Below, one piece after another: positions 31,745-41,398 of a stretch of DNA of 64,000 nucleotides; positions within the stretch are counted from its first letter, which is position 1; the number at the start of each line of letters is the position of its first letter. The position numbers and the translations under genes are program-made. The stretch is from Chloroflexota bacterium (lineage in GTDB: Bacteria; Chloroflexota; Dehalococcoidia; Lucifugimonadales; Lucifugimonadaceae). The DNA is taken from contig PBDR01000017.1 in NCBI GenBank assembly GCA_002717385.1, positions 8,847 to 72,846 of the forward strand, given 5' to 3'. The notes below the pieces were generated by a model. It was given only the letters and a program-made list of their open reading frames with translations, did not search any database and was not told where the DNA came from.

Positions 31745-32136
31745 TCTAAATCTCCTTTACGCCAAGCATAAATGAAAGGAACAGTAACTATAAATAAAAA
31801 AACAAACATAGCAAACATAGCAATTAACCCAAATTGCTTGCTAAGCACACCATACTTTACTGCCCATGGAAAAATCAAAACAGTTTCAACATCAAATACT
31901 ACAAATAAAATAGCATAATAATAATATCGAAAATTAAACATAACCGGCTTTGGGCCGAAAGGGGGTAACCCGCTCTCATAGGCAGATAATTTAACTTCAT
32001 TCGGTTTGGAAGGTCTTATTTTAATGAAAGTTGCTAAGTAACTGATAAGTAACATTCCAATGGGAACTGCAATAGCAAGTAATGCATAAACTACTAATAC
32101 ACCATATTGAAGTAAATAATCTTCCATTTTATCCAA
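31723..32136 (-). CDS. nuoA: NADH-quinone oxidoreductase subunit A
   Basis: [16 protein letters not shown]...PWA and [10 protein letters not shown]. The start may be the ATG at 32127. Confidence 0.93.
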   Translation of the reverse strand: MDKMEDYLLQYGVLVVYALLAIAVPIGMLLISYLATFIKIRPSKPNEVKLSAYESGLPPFGPKPVMFNFRYYYYAILFVVFDVETVLIFPWAVKYGVLSKQFGLIAMFAMFVFLFIVTVPFIYAWRKGDLEWIYNRN

Positions 32137-32253
32137 AAAATATCAATCCAAAATCTAGATTTACTAAATCACAATAAGAGAATAACATCAGCATTTTTAT
32201 TGATCAAGTAATTCATGAGTAATCATAAAAAATCTGAATTTTAATCAAATTCC

Positions 32254-32538
32254 CTAATTTGACTGTATGGTTGCACCAGATTTAAGCATATTGGCTACTT
32301 TTGCTTTTAAATCCTTAACTTCCATAATGTGAGGAGACCTTCCTTCTACTGTTTTATCCCATAATATATTACCATCAACTGTAACCTTAAATGCACCACT
32401 GTGACCGGGAACTACAGATATAGCCAATGAAGGGCCACCTGCCTGAAATAATTCACTAACCATATATGCGGCTAAATTTCCGTATCCACAAGGAACGCAA
32501 TATTCAATTTCAGCTTCCATTTTCCAATGATCTGACAT
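32254..32538 (-). CDS. Rdx (SelW/SelT/SelH) family protein, Cys form
   Basis: IEYCVPCGY and PGHSGAFKVTVDG..LWDK. Confidence 0.88.
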   Translation of the reverse strand: MSDHWKMEAEIEYCVPCGYGNLAAYMVSELFQAGGPSLAISVVPGHSGAFKVTVDGNILWDKTVEGRSPHIMEVKDLKAKVANMLKSGATIQSN

Positions 32539-32688
32539 ATAATTTTCCTTTCTTTTATAATTAATGTTAATTGTTTGATCATGATAAAAAAATATCTAAT
32601 CAAGACTTCAATGAAATTTATTGTTAATATTTATTGAAAATATATAAATTATAAATAAAAACATAAACTGTAATAATTCACTAAAAAT

Positions 32689-33285
32689 ATGGCAATAGTA
32701 AAACTAAAACAAGTAACCCGAGAAGATATAAAAAGAATCTCAATTTGGTTAGAAGATAAAGAAGTAAATGAGAATTGGTTTGGAAGGTATACATATGGAG
32801 ACGCGGCGCATTTGGGGTACGATCCCCAAAAAATGCTAACAGCGTCTATAGAAGAATGGAATAACATTTTTCATGATCCTAACCATGAACCCCATAGAGA
32901 TATTTTTTCTATTTATACTTTAGAAAATCTACATATAGGAGAAGGTCAATTGAACATTGACGAACCTCTTGGAGATGCTCAGGTTTCTATATTGATAGGT
33001 GATAGAAATCTATGGCACAAAGGGTACGGAACGGCTTCAGTATTAGCAATGTTAGAACACGTTTTCGATCACTTAAATCTATTTCGAGCGTGGGTAGATG
33101 TTCCTGAATATAATAAAAGTGCAAAAATGTTATTTGAAAATATCGGTTTCCAACATGAGGGAACTCTCAGACAAAGTAGACCACATCATGGATCTAGATA
33201 TAATTCATTTATTCTGGGAATTCTCGATACAGAATTCCGGCTAAAATTCCCAGAAGGAGTTGAAAGTCACGTAATAGATTTCTGA
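32689..33285 (+). CDS. GNAT N-acetyltransferase (RimJ/RimL-like)
   Basis: WHKGYGT, YNKSA..LFENIGFQHEGTLR. Confidence 0.85.
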   Translation: MAIVKLKQVTREDIKRISIWLEDKEVNENWFGRYTYGDAAHLGYDPQKMLTASIEEWNNIFHDPNHEPHRDIFSIYTLENLHIGEGQLNIDEPLGDAQVSILIGDRNLWHKGYGTASVLAMLEHVFDHLNLFRAWVDVPEYNKSAKMLFENIGFQHEGTLRQSRPHHGSRYNSFILGILDTEFRLKFPEGVESHVIDF

Positions 33286-33286
33286 T

Positions 33287-34468
33287 TTAACTCTTAACAG
33301 ATTCTGTATATTTCAAAGAGGTCCCAGTGTTCATTAATATTATTTTCATATCTCTAGAAATATAATTTGAATCTAATATCTTTTCCAAAGCTGAAAGAGT
33401 CGAACCTCCTTCAGGAGCAGAAAATACACCTTCGAATTTTGATAAAAGTTTAATAGAATTCAACATAGATTCATCAGAAACCTTTACAACTATACCTCCA
33501 CTTTCTTTGATAGCATTTAAAACTAAAAAATCTCCAATAACAGAAGGAACCCGCATACCAGCTGCAATTGTTTTTGGATATGGAATTTCTTTAGAAAATT
33601 TTTCTTTCTTTATAAATGCATCATATATCGGAGAACAACCTTCAGCCTGAACAGAAACTAATTTTGGTCTTTTATTATCTATTAAACCTAAATTTTCCAT
33701 TTCGTCCATTCCCTTCCAGATACCAACTATACCAGTACCTCCACCTGTCGGATAAATAATTATATCTGGAACTTCCCAGTTTAATTGTTCAACAATTTCA
33801 TAAGCCATAGTTTTTTTACCTTCAACTCTATAAGGTTCCTTCATGGTAGAAATATCAAATAAGTTAAATTTTTCCGCGTGATCAGCAGAAGCTTTACCAC
33901 AATCATTAATAAATCCCTCAACAAGATGCACATTTGCTCCATAATAATCACATTCTATATAATTTGCGATAGGAACATCTTTCGGCATAAAAACATGTGC
34001 GTTCATTCCTGCTTTAGCTGCATAAGCAGACATTGCACCTGCTGCATTACCTGCTGATGGCATAGTTATATCACGAATCCCTAATTCATAAGCACGTGAT
34101 ATTGCTGACGATAAACCTCTAGCCTTAAAGGAACCAGTTGGATTTAGACTTTCATCTTTTAACCATAAATTGTTGATACCCAAAAATTTGCCTAATCTTT
34201 TTAATTTGAGTAAAGGAGTAAAACCTTCTCCTAGTGAGATAATATTTTCAGGATTTCGTACAGGTAATACTTCTTGGTACCTCCACATAGTAGGTGGACG
34301 AAATTTTAAATTGTTTTTTGTAAGGGTTTTTGATGCAATTTCTAAATTATATTTTACTAACAAAGGTCTCCCAGTGGAAGGATTGAGCCTATGAGGGTAA
34401 TCAGGATCAAATTTTTCACTTGTTATAGGGCATAAAAGATGGGATAAACTACTATCAATATTTTTCAT
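33287..34468 (-). CDS. thrC: Threonine synthase (PLP-dependent)
   Basis: LGEGFTPL, NPTGSFKARG, SAGNA, EGKKTM and PTGGGTG. Start placed at ATG 34468 after GAGGA. Confidence 0.85.
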   Translation of the reverse strand: MKNIDSSLSHLLCPITSEKFDPDYPHRLNPSTGRPLLVKYNLEIASKTLTKNNLKFRPPTMWRYQEVLPVRNPENIISLGEGFTPLLKLKRLGKFLGINNLWLKDESLNPTGSFKARGLSSAISRAYELGIRDITMPSAGNAAGAMSAYAAKAGMNAHVFMPKDVPIANYIECDYYGANVHLVEGFINDCGKASADHAEKFNLFDISTMKEPYRVEGKKTMAYEIVEQLNWEVPDIIIYPTGGGTGIVGIWKGMDEMENLGLIDNKRPKLVSVQAEGCSPIYDAFIKKEKFSKEIPYPKTIAAGMRVPSVIGDFLVLNAIKESGGIVVKVSDESMLNSIKLLSKFEGVFSAPEGGSTLSALEKILDSNYISRDMKIILMNTGTSLKYTESVKS

Positions 34469-35144
34469 AAAAATCCTCATATAAAGGTTCTTTATCAAAA
34501 GCTAAAGTAATTTTACTAATTAAAACATTGGATACTTGTTTAAAAGTAATTTTTGATTCACTCTCATTATTCACATTTGTAAATTCTGTACTAGATATTC
34601 CGCAAGGTATAATGTGATTAAACATCTGTAATTTAGTTGAAACATTTAATGCAACACCATGAAAAGTAACACCATTGGATATCTTCACTCCTATTGATGC
34701 TATTTTTTTTTTAGACTTAAAATTATCATATACCCAAACACCTGTTTCATTTTTGTAATTTGTAGATTCAATTCCAAATTCTCCAACAGTATCCTTAATC
34801 AATTTCTCAAGAAATCTTACGTAAGAGATCGGACCAAAGTTATGATCTTTGATGTTGATTATTGGATATATGATGAGTTGACCTTTACCATGATAAGTTG
34901 CCTGCCCTCCTCTATCAGTATGAAACACTTTAACTCCTAATTTCTTCAAATCTTCATCTGAAGACAATAAATCATCTCTTTTAGCCCTCCTTCCTAAAGT
35001 GATTGTGTCTGGATGTTCTAATAAAATTAAAGTGTCTGGTCTAGTATTACTTACACGCTGAGAATGAACAATTTTTTGGAGTCTCATAGCTTTTCCATAA
35101 TCGACCGTACCCAAAGAAATTATATTTAATCGATTATTTATCAA
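34455..35144 (-). CDS. lipB: Lipoyl(octanoyl) transferase
   Basis: LEHPDTITLG, DRGGQATYHG.GQ, KIASIG, HGVALNV and IIPCG. Confidence 0.93.
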   Translation of the reverse strand: MINNRLNIISLGTVDYGKAMRLQKIVHSQRVSNTRPDTLILLEHPDTITLGRRAKRDDLLSSDEDLKKLGVKVFHTDRGGQATYHGKGQLIIYPIINIKDHNFGPISYVRFLEKLIKDTVGEFGIESTNYKNETGVWVYDNFKSKKKIASIGVKISNGVTFHGVALNVSTKLQMFNHIIPCGISSTEFTNVNNESESKITFKQVSNVLISKITLAFDKEPLYEDFYEKY

Positions 35145-36436
35145 ATGATTTTACTGTCATAAGTAATCGATTCAAGAGATTTCTTCACAGATTGCACAAA
35201 ATTACTAGCATCTAAACCATCTATAATTCTGTGATCAAATGATAAGCATAAATTCATAATTGATCCAATAGCAATAATTTCTTTGCCATTAACTTTTTTT
35301 ACTACAGCTCTATCAACTACCGATTCAGTAGTTATAATTGCTGCCTGGGGATAATTTATGATGGCTCCTCCAATTACCGATCCTAATGCACCGGTATTAT
35401 TAAGAGTAAATGTACCTGATTCTAGATCTTCTAAATGGAGTTTAGATGTACGAGCTTTTTTAGTCAAATCAGAAATTTTTATACATAATTCTAAAACATT
35501 GAAATTATCTGATTTTTTTATTACAGGTACAACTAAACCACCTTCTCCTGCCATAGCGATACCTAAGTTTACATCTTTACGTAAGATAATCTTTCCGTCT
35601 AACCATGTTGAATTTATATGTCGATGCTCTTTTAAAGCTTTAGAGACAGCATTTGCACAAAATGGCAAATATGTTAATTTAGCATTGTGCCCAGAAAATA
35701 TTTTTTCCTTATTCAAATTAATAATTTTCTTTATATTCGTCATATCAACTTCAATTGATGTCCAAGCATGAGGTATCTCAGAATAAGATTTTTTCATCCG
35801 AGTAGCGATAATTTTTCTCAAAATTGTTGGTTCTTTAATTTCATCATCATCACTAATATTTAGTCTCAAGTTGTCACTAGATTTAATTTGGTCTGCTCTT
35901 TGTATATGATTAATAACATCAATTTTACTTATACGACCTTTATTACCAGTACCAACAACATCATTCAAATCCAAGTTATGTTTATAGGCCAAACGTAGCA
36001 CAGCAGGAGAATATTTATCAGAATTATCAGGTTTGTTATCAATAACAACAAAATCTTCATTTTTTTGATTCGGTAAAATAATGCTAGTGTCATTAAATTC
36101 CCCTCCAGTTGGACCAACATTTGCTACATCAGAAAAAGAACCAATAATCGTATCGTCAGGTATTGATCCTGAAATATTTTTATCTATATAATCTGCATCA
36201 GTAATCTCCATTACGGCAATAACTTTCCCCATACCAACAGTTTCACCTTCACTGACTAAAGTTTCAATTAATTTCCCATTGTATGGAGATGGAATTTCCA
36301 TAGAAACTTTATCCGTAATAATTTCTAATAGAGGTTCATATTTTTCTACATCATCATTAATGTTTTTCAGCCATTTTTCAATTACTGCCTCAGTCACAGA
36401 TTCTCCTATATGAGGTAGTTCTATTTCTATGTTCAT
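35141..36436 (-). CDS. 2-oxoacid dehydrogenase E2 (dihydrolipoamide acyltransferase)
   Basis: Lipoyl domain TDKVSMEIPSP, E3-binding SPAV...GTG.KGRI, and catalytic FDHRIIDG. Confidence 0.93.
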   Translation of the reverse strand: MNIEIELPHIGESVTEAVIEKWLKNINDDVEKYEPLLEIITDKVSMEIPSPYNGKLIETLVSEGETVGMGKVIAVMEITDADYIDKNISGSIPDDTIIGSFSDVANVGPTGGEFNDTSIILPNQKNEDFVVIDNKPDNSDKYSPAVLRLAYKHNLDLNDVVGTGNKGRISKIDVINHIQRADQIKSSDNLRLNISDDDEIKEPTILRKIIATRMKKSYSEIPHAWTSIEVDMTNIKKIINLNKEKIFSGHNAKLTYLPFCANAVSKALKEHRHINSTWLDGKIILRKDVNLGIAMAGEGGLVVPVIKKSDNFNVLELCIKISDLTKKARTSKLHLEDLESGTFTLNNTGALGSVIGGAIINYPQAAIITTESVVDRAVVKKVNGKEIIAIGSIMNLCLSFDHRIIDGLDASNFVQSVKKSLESITYDSKII

Positions 36437-37420
36437 TTATATCTCCAATAATTCTCTTATTGATTTAACAATTTTAATTTTTGACGGCATGTATTCCGCC
36501 TCCTGGATAGGAGAGAAAGGCATTGGAGGAATTTCTATAGGTGTCAATCTCTTTATAGGTGCATCAAGATCGAAAAAACAGTCTTCTGCAATAATTGCTG
36601 CAACTTCTGAAGAAACACTAATAGCTCTAGTATCTTCTTGAACAATTAGTGCTCTGCCTGTTTTATTAACAGATTGAACAATAGTTTCAGAATCAATAGG
36701 TCTCAAACAACGCAAATCTAAAACTTCTACATTTATTCCAAAATGTTTACATTCTTCAGCTGCTTGTAGAACATAATGTAACATCAAACCATAAGTTATT
36801 ACGGTAATATCATTTCCAACTTTTTTCACTTCAGCTTTACCCAAAGGAATAGAATAATCATTATCTGGCACCTCCCCTTTGACCAACCTATATGTTTTTT
36901 TATGCTCTAAAAAAACAACTGGATCATCATTTCTGATTGAAGATCTCAACAAACCTGCAGCATCATAAGGTGTCGCAGGAGCAATAACTTTAAGTCCTGG
37001 AGTATGAGCAAAAAGTACTTCTATGCTTTGAGAATGATATAGACCACCTCTAACTCCTCCACCATATGGGATGCGGATTGTAATTGGACATTTTTTCTTA
37101 CCAAATGTTCCATATCTAATCTTAGATGCTTCACCCACAATTTGATTAATTGCAGGCCAAACAAAATCTGCAAACTGAATTTCTGCTATAGGTCTCATTC
37201 CATTCACAGCAGCACCAATAGCTACCCCACATATGGAAGATTCTGCCAAAGGTGTATCAATAACTCTTTGATCACCAAATTCCTCTAATAAACCATCTGT
37301 AGCCAAAAAAACACCTCCTCTAGATGCTACATCTTCTCCTAAGATGAAAATTTTTTTATCTCTTTTCATCTCCATAAATATCGTTTTTCTTACTGCTTCG
37401 ATTACTGATATAACTGACAA
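36437..37420 (-). CDS. 2-oxoacid dehydrogenase E1 beta subunit (branched-chain type likely)
   Basis: GEDV...GGVF, DTPLAE, EIQFADF, GGLYHSQS and FLEHKKTY. Confidence 0.93.
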   Translation of the reverse strand: MSVISVIEAVRKTIFMEMKRDKKIFILGEDVASRGGVFLATDGLLEEFGDQRVIDTPLAESSICGVAIGAAVNGMRPIAEIQFADFVWPAINQIVGEASKIRYGTFGKKKCPITIRIPYGGGVRGGLYHSQSIEVLFAHTPGLKVIAPATPYDAAGLLRSSIRNDDPVVFLEHKKTYRLVKGEVPDNDYSIPLGKAEVKKVGNDITVITYGLMLHYVLQAAEECKHFGINVEVLDLRCLRPIDSETIVQSVNKTGRALIVQEDTRAISVSSEVAAIIAEDCFFDLDAPIKRLTPIEIPPMPFSPIQEAEYMPSKIKIVKSIRELLEI

Positions 37421-37436
37421 AATATTATCCTATAAA

Positions 37437-38399
37437 TTAATTTAGATCAGAATGTAACAACATATTATCTAAAGAAGGAAATGCTTCCTTTTCAACTTTG
37501 TCTGTAGATATATTTACAATTGAAATAACTTCTTTTTTCATTAATTCAATATCTTTTTTATTAATAACACCTAAATCAATCAATTGATTCTCAAAAATTG
37601 GAATAGGATCTCTTTCAATCATATGTTCAATATCAGATGCTGACCTGTATTTTGTGTGATCATCATCTGTAGTATGAGGTAATAAACGCTCTACTTTGGA
37701 TTCTATAATTGTGGGACCCAAACCTTTTTTTGCTCGATCTACAGCCTCCTTAGTAGTTTCATAAATAGAAAAAAAATCAGTCCCATCTACTTGAATCCCG
37801 GGTATATTATAAGCTGAAGATCTTGAAGATATATTATCTACATTCATCTGTTTTTCTAATGGAACTGAAATAGCATAACCATTATTTTCACAAAAAAATA
37901 TCACAGGTAAATCATGAATTGAAGCAAAATTCATAGCTTCATGACAGTCTCCTTGACTAGCAGCTCCATCACCAAAAAATACTATAGTAACTGAATCTTT
38001 GTCATTCATTTTATCCGCTAAAGCGACTCCAACTGCTTGAGGTAACTGAGTAGCAACAACATTAGAAAAAGAAAATAAATCTACTCTCGGATGAGATCCA
38101 TGTAAAGGAAATTGACGAGCTCCGCTCATTATGTCACCTTCTTTTGCTAAAAAGTTTCTAAGTTGTTCTTCAGGAGTGGTACCTAATGCCAGCATTAAAG
38201 TAAATTGACGATAATAAATCAAAAAATGATCACGAGATGAATCTAGAGCTTCAACACATCCTAATTGGCTTATTTCATGTCCTTGACCAGATGCGGCAAT
38301 TGCTGCCCTACCCTGTCTATTCAACATCCATATACGTTCATCAAGCGCTCTACTAATTAAAGCTGTTTTATATATTTCTCTAAGTCTGATTTTTTCCAT
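37437..38399 (-). CDS. 2-oxoacid dehydrogenase E1 alpha subunit (TPP-dependent)
   Basis: RQGR, GDGAASQGD.HEAMN...ENNGYAISVP and PHTTDDD. Confidence 0.93.
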   Translation of the reverse strand: MEKIRLREIYKTALISRALDERIWMLNRQGRAAIAASGQGHEISQLGCVEALDSSRDHFLIYYRQFTLMLALGTTPEEQLRNFLAKEGDIMSGARQFPLHGSHPRVDLFSFSNVVATQLPQAVGVALADKMNDKDSVTIVFFGDGAASQGDCHEAMNFASIHDLPVIFFCENNGYAISVPLEKQMNVDNISSRSSAYNIPGIQVDGTDFFSIYETTKEAVDRAKKGLGPTIIESKVERLLPHTTDDDHTKYRSASDIEHMIERDPIPIFENQLIDLGVINKKDIELMKKEVISIVNISTDKVEKEAFPSLDNMLLHSDLN

Positions 38400-38509
38400 T
38401 TTTTTAATCTTAATCTTTTTTATTCTCTCATATGCAATACAAATTTAATTAATTGAGTTATAAACTTATATAAGTTTTTTGTAGTATATGAAAATTATTG
38501 AGGAGATAA

Positions 38510-39220
38510 ATGAGTTTAATTCAAATCTCAAAAGTACTTTTATTCATGTTCATATCCCTAAGCATAATAAGTTTAGGTTGTACAGAAACAAGTAATAAAG
38601 AAAATAATCAAGAGATACAACAAGTTAAATTGGAAAATAAGCAAATGACTCAACCTTATTATGAATATGATCCTCCTAAAGGTTTTTTAAATATTGACAA
38701 AACCTATTTAGCAACGATTCAAACTAGTCAGCCTGAGGGAGAAATAGTAATAGAACTTTTTGGTAAAATTGCTCCGATATATGTTGAAAATTTTATAAAT
38801 CTATCCAAAGCAGGTTTCTATGATAATTCTTCATTCCACAGAGTAATTCCTGGCTTCATGGCTCAAGCAGGAACAAAAGATGGGAAAGGTGGTGGACCAG
38901 GTTATCAATTCAATGATTTTTTCCATCCTGATATGAAACATGATTCTGCGGGAATAGTTTCTATGGCCAATGCAGGACTAAATACTAACAGCTCTCAATT
39001 TTTTATCACCTATGCACCTACTCCATTTCTTGATCCGTATGATGAAAGTGGGAATCCAAAGGCATGTGGTTCTCCTGGAGTTTCTTGTCATGCTGTTTTC
39101 GGTAAAGTAATGAAAGGTATGAACATTGTAGATAAAATCACTCCCATTAATCCTGGAGAAAATATAGTTCCCACAAAAATAATTAAAATAGAAATTCACG
39201 ATCCTATAAAAATGAATTAG
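38510..39220 (+). CDS. Cyclophilin-type peptidyl-prolyl isomerase (lipoprotein)
   Basis: FHRVIPGFMAQ, SMANAG, SQFFIT and HAVFGKV; N-terminal signal ending LGC. Confidence 0.92.
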   Translation: MSLIQISKVLLFMFISLSIISLGCTETSNKENNQEIQQVKLENKQMTQPYYEYDPPKGFLNIDKTYLATIQTSQPEGEIVIELFGKIAPIYVENFINLSKAGFYDNSSFHRVIPGFMAQAGTKDGKGGGPGYQFNDFFHPDMKHDSAGIVSMANAGLNTNSSQFFITYAPTPFLDPYDESGNPKACGSPGVSCHAVFGKVMKGMNIVDKITPINPGENIVPTKIIKIEIHDPIKMN

Positions 39221-41214
39221 TCTTTTACTAGTCTGATCAATCTACCTGCAACACCCAAAACAACATTATGATCTAGTTTAATAAGATCTGTAGATGGTAT
39301 CCCATTGACTCTGATAGAGGGATCATTGATTTTCGGGTCTTTTTCTAATATTATGCTTTTTTTCCTAAATATAAACACACCTCCAGAAAAAGGTAAATTA
39401 TATATTTCTGTAGCATAAATTCTATTGCGGCTAAAAATCAATTTGTTAAGTGGTCGTTTTAAATTTTTGAAATCAACTATTAGATTATCTTGATCATCTA
39501 ATAGTCGGCCATAGGGAGCAAATCTAGAAAAATAAAAAAACAATCCACCTACTAAAATAGCCAAGAAAAAAATTACGAATAATCCGATTCTAATATATTG
39601 CAATAGCGTTTCGGTAAATGGAACTAATATCTTAACATTAATAGCCTCGTCAGGTATATTTGAAGAAAAATTCTTATCAAGATATTTACCAGAAAGGGAA
39701 GCACTGATCTTATACAAACCTGTATCAGGAAATATTACAAAAATATTAAATTTCCAATATTTTTTTTCTTCTACTACATCTATAGGTACAAGTTCTATGA
39801 TTGTATCTGATTCTAAAAATTCATTAAATACCATTAATTCAATTTCGTCTGTAGAAACATAATATGGATAATCAGATTTTTTTGTCGTAATTTGACCAAT
39901 ATATATTTTTTCGTCTAATTGAACTTCAACTGATTTATCAACTGTTAGATTAATATAAGGAAAATACTCGGTTCTAAATGAAAAATCATGAGTAATTATT
40001 GCAGAAGAAGAGTTCCAGGATATTCTTAATTCAGCATCGTTAATTCCTTGATTTTGATTTGGCAGAAACTTAGTTGAATAAATACCATCAGATTCAATTT
40101 TATCTCCGTTATAACCAGTATCAAAAAATTCGTACATAGCAATTTTACCGGTAGGATCTTTTATTAATGCTTCTATCTTAGAATTTGAAATAACAATTTT
40201 TGGATCTAGATTGTCGATTTTAACTTCTAATAATATTTCTTCACTAACAGGATAAACAGGATCACCTATATAAGAAATATTAATATCATTCCGAAAATTA
40301 ACTAGGGATTTAAAATAAGAATTTTCACCATCTGCTCTTATCAACCATTTACCAGCATCAGGGTTTTGAATAGAAAAAAAATCAAAATTTTTGGTCGTGT
40401 TGATATAAATATTCGCAGTCGAATTATTTATTTGTTGACCATCAGGCATATATATTTCAGGAAAAATATAGGGTTTTTTTATCAGAATTACTTTTAATTC
40501 CGTAGTATATGGTGGAATATCAAAACTCTTCAATGTTGGAACATCCTTAGTTAAATTAACATTTAGGATTTCTTGAAATTTACTACCTGTAATATCATTC
40601 AGTAAAGAATTTACCCCAATAGAATCCCCCAAATCATAAAATTTTCCATTAGTATTATCTGAAACACTTTTAAAAATTTCCCTAACCGAAATCTCAGAAG
40701 AAGGCAACATTAATATATCTATTGCCCAACCTTCTTTTTTAAAAAGATCAGATAGATCCAAAAATCTATTTTTAGTGTTTTCTGATTCTCCTAATATTGT
40801 CCCATTTGTAATTAAGTAAACTTTTGAACCAAATTTCGCATCATTATTACTCAAATATGAATATATTTCACTTAAATTTCCTAATTGATCGGATTTTTTG
40901 TTTTTAGCATCATATCCTTTTATGATAGTTAAATCTTCTAAAATTTGGCTTTTAGGAACATTAGAAATTATTTTAGATATGCTACGATTGAATTCACCAT
41001 AAATACCAGAAGCAAACAATTTTTCATCATTAACACTGATTAACGTAATTATTGATTCTAGTAAATCTAAATCTACTTCGTTTTCCGCTGCACCTTGATC
41101 CATAATAATTACATTTTTGGTCCCTGAATTATCTTCAGCTAATAAAAAATTAGAATATGGGTTAGAAGATATAAATAATGTAGCAACTAACATTGCTATT
41201 GAAATGACCTTCAT
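39217..41214 (-). CDS. Secreted/membrane-anchored protein: degenerate vWA + beta-sandwich + TM + FHA-like tail
   Basis: Signal peptide; IIMDQGAA / YLITNG / TNGKFY vWA-like elements; DTGYNGDKIESDGIYS; one TM near residue 545; C-terminal IRVNG...LGVAGRLIRL. Confidence 0.6.
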   Translation of the reverse strand: MKVISIAMLVATLFISSNPYSNFLLAEDNSGTKNVIIMDQGAAENEVDLDLLESIITLISVNDEKLFASGIYGEFNRSISKIISNVPKSQILEDLTIIKGYDAKNKKSDQLGNLSEIYSYLSNNDAKFGSKVYLITNGTILGESENTKNRFLDLSDLFKKEGWAIDILMLPSSEISVREIFKSVSDNTNGKFYDLGDSIGVNSLLNDITGSKFQEILNVNLTKDVPTLKSFDIPPYTTELKVILIKKPYIFPEIYMPDGQQINNSTANIYINTTKNFDFFSIQNPDAGKWLIRADGENSYFKSLVNFRNDINISYIGDPVYPVSEEILLEVKIDNLDPKIVISNSKIEALIKDPTGKIAMYEFFDTGYNGDKIESDGIYSTKFLPNQNQGINDAELRISWNSSSAIITHDFSFRTEYFPYINLTVDKSVEVQLDEKIYIGQITTKKSDYPYYVSTDEIELMVFNEFLESDTIIELVPIDVVEEKKYWKFNIFVIFPDTGLYKISASLSGKYLDKNFSSNIPDEAINVKILVPFTETLLQYIRIGLFVIFFLAILVGGLFFYFSRFAPYGRLLDDQDNLIVDFKNLKRPLNKLIFSRNRIYATEIYNLPFSGGVFIFRKKSIILEKDPKINDPSIRVNGIPSTDLIKLDHNVVLGVAGRLIRLVKD

Positions 41215-41398
41215 TCTATATAAATTTACCTTGTTGCGAATTGTTATAGGTCCTAGAACAGATAATACTGATAAATCAGATGTAATTGCTCTATAAATTA
41301 ATTACGAGTTTAATAAACATTTTGATTTAGATATGGATTGACCACATGCATTTGAGTAAATAAACTCGAACTTATATATATATAAATGGAGCTAAATA

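Noticed and set aside
32254..32538. Rdx/SelW protein as a possible selenoprotein
   Set aside because: The motif is CVPC encoded by Cys codons; there is no in-frame TGA.
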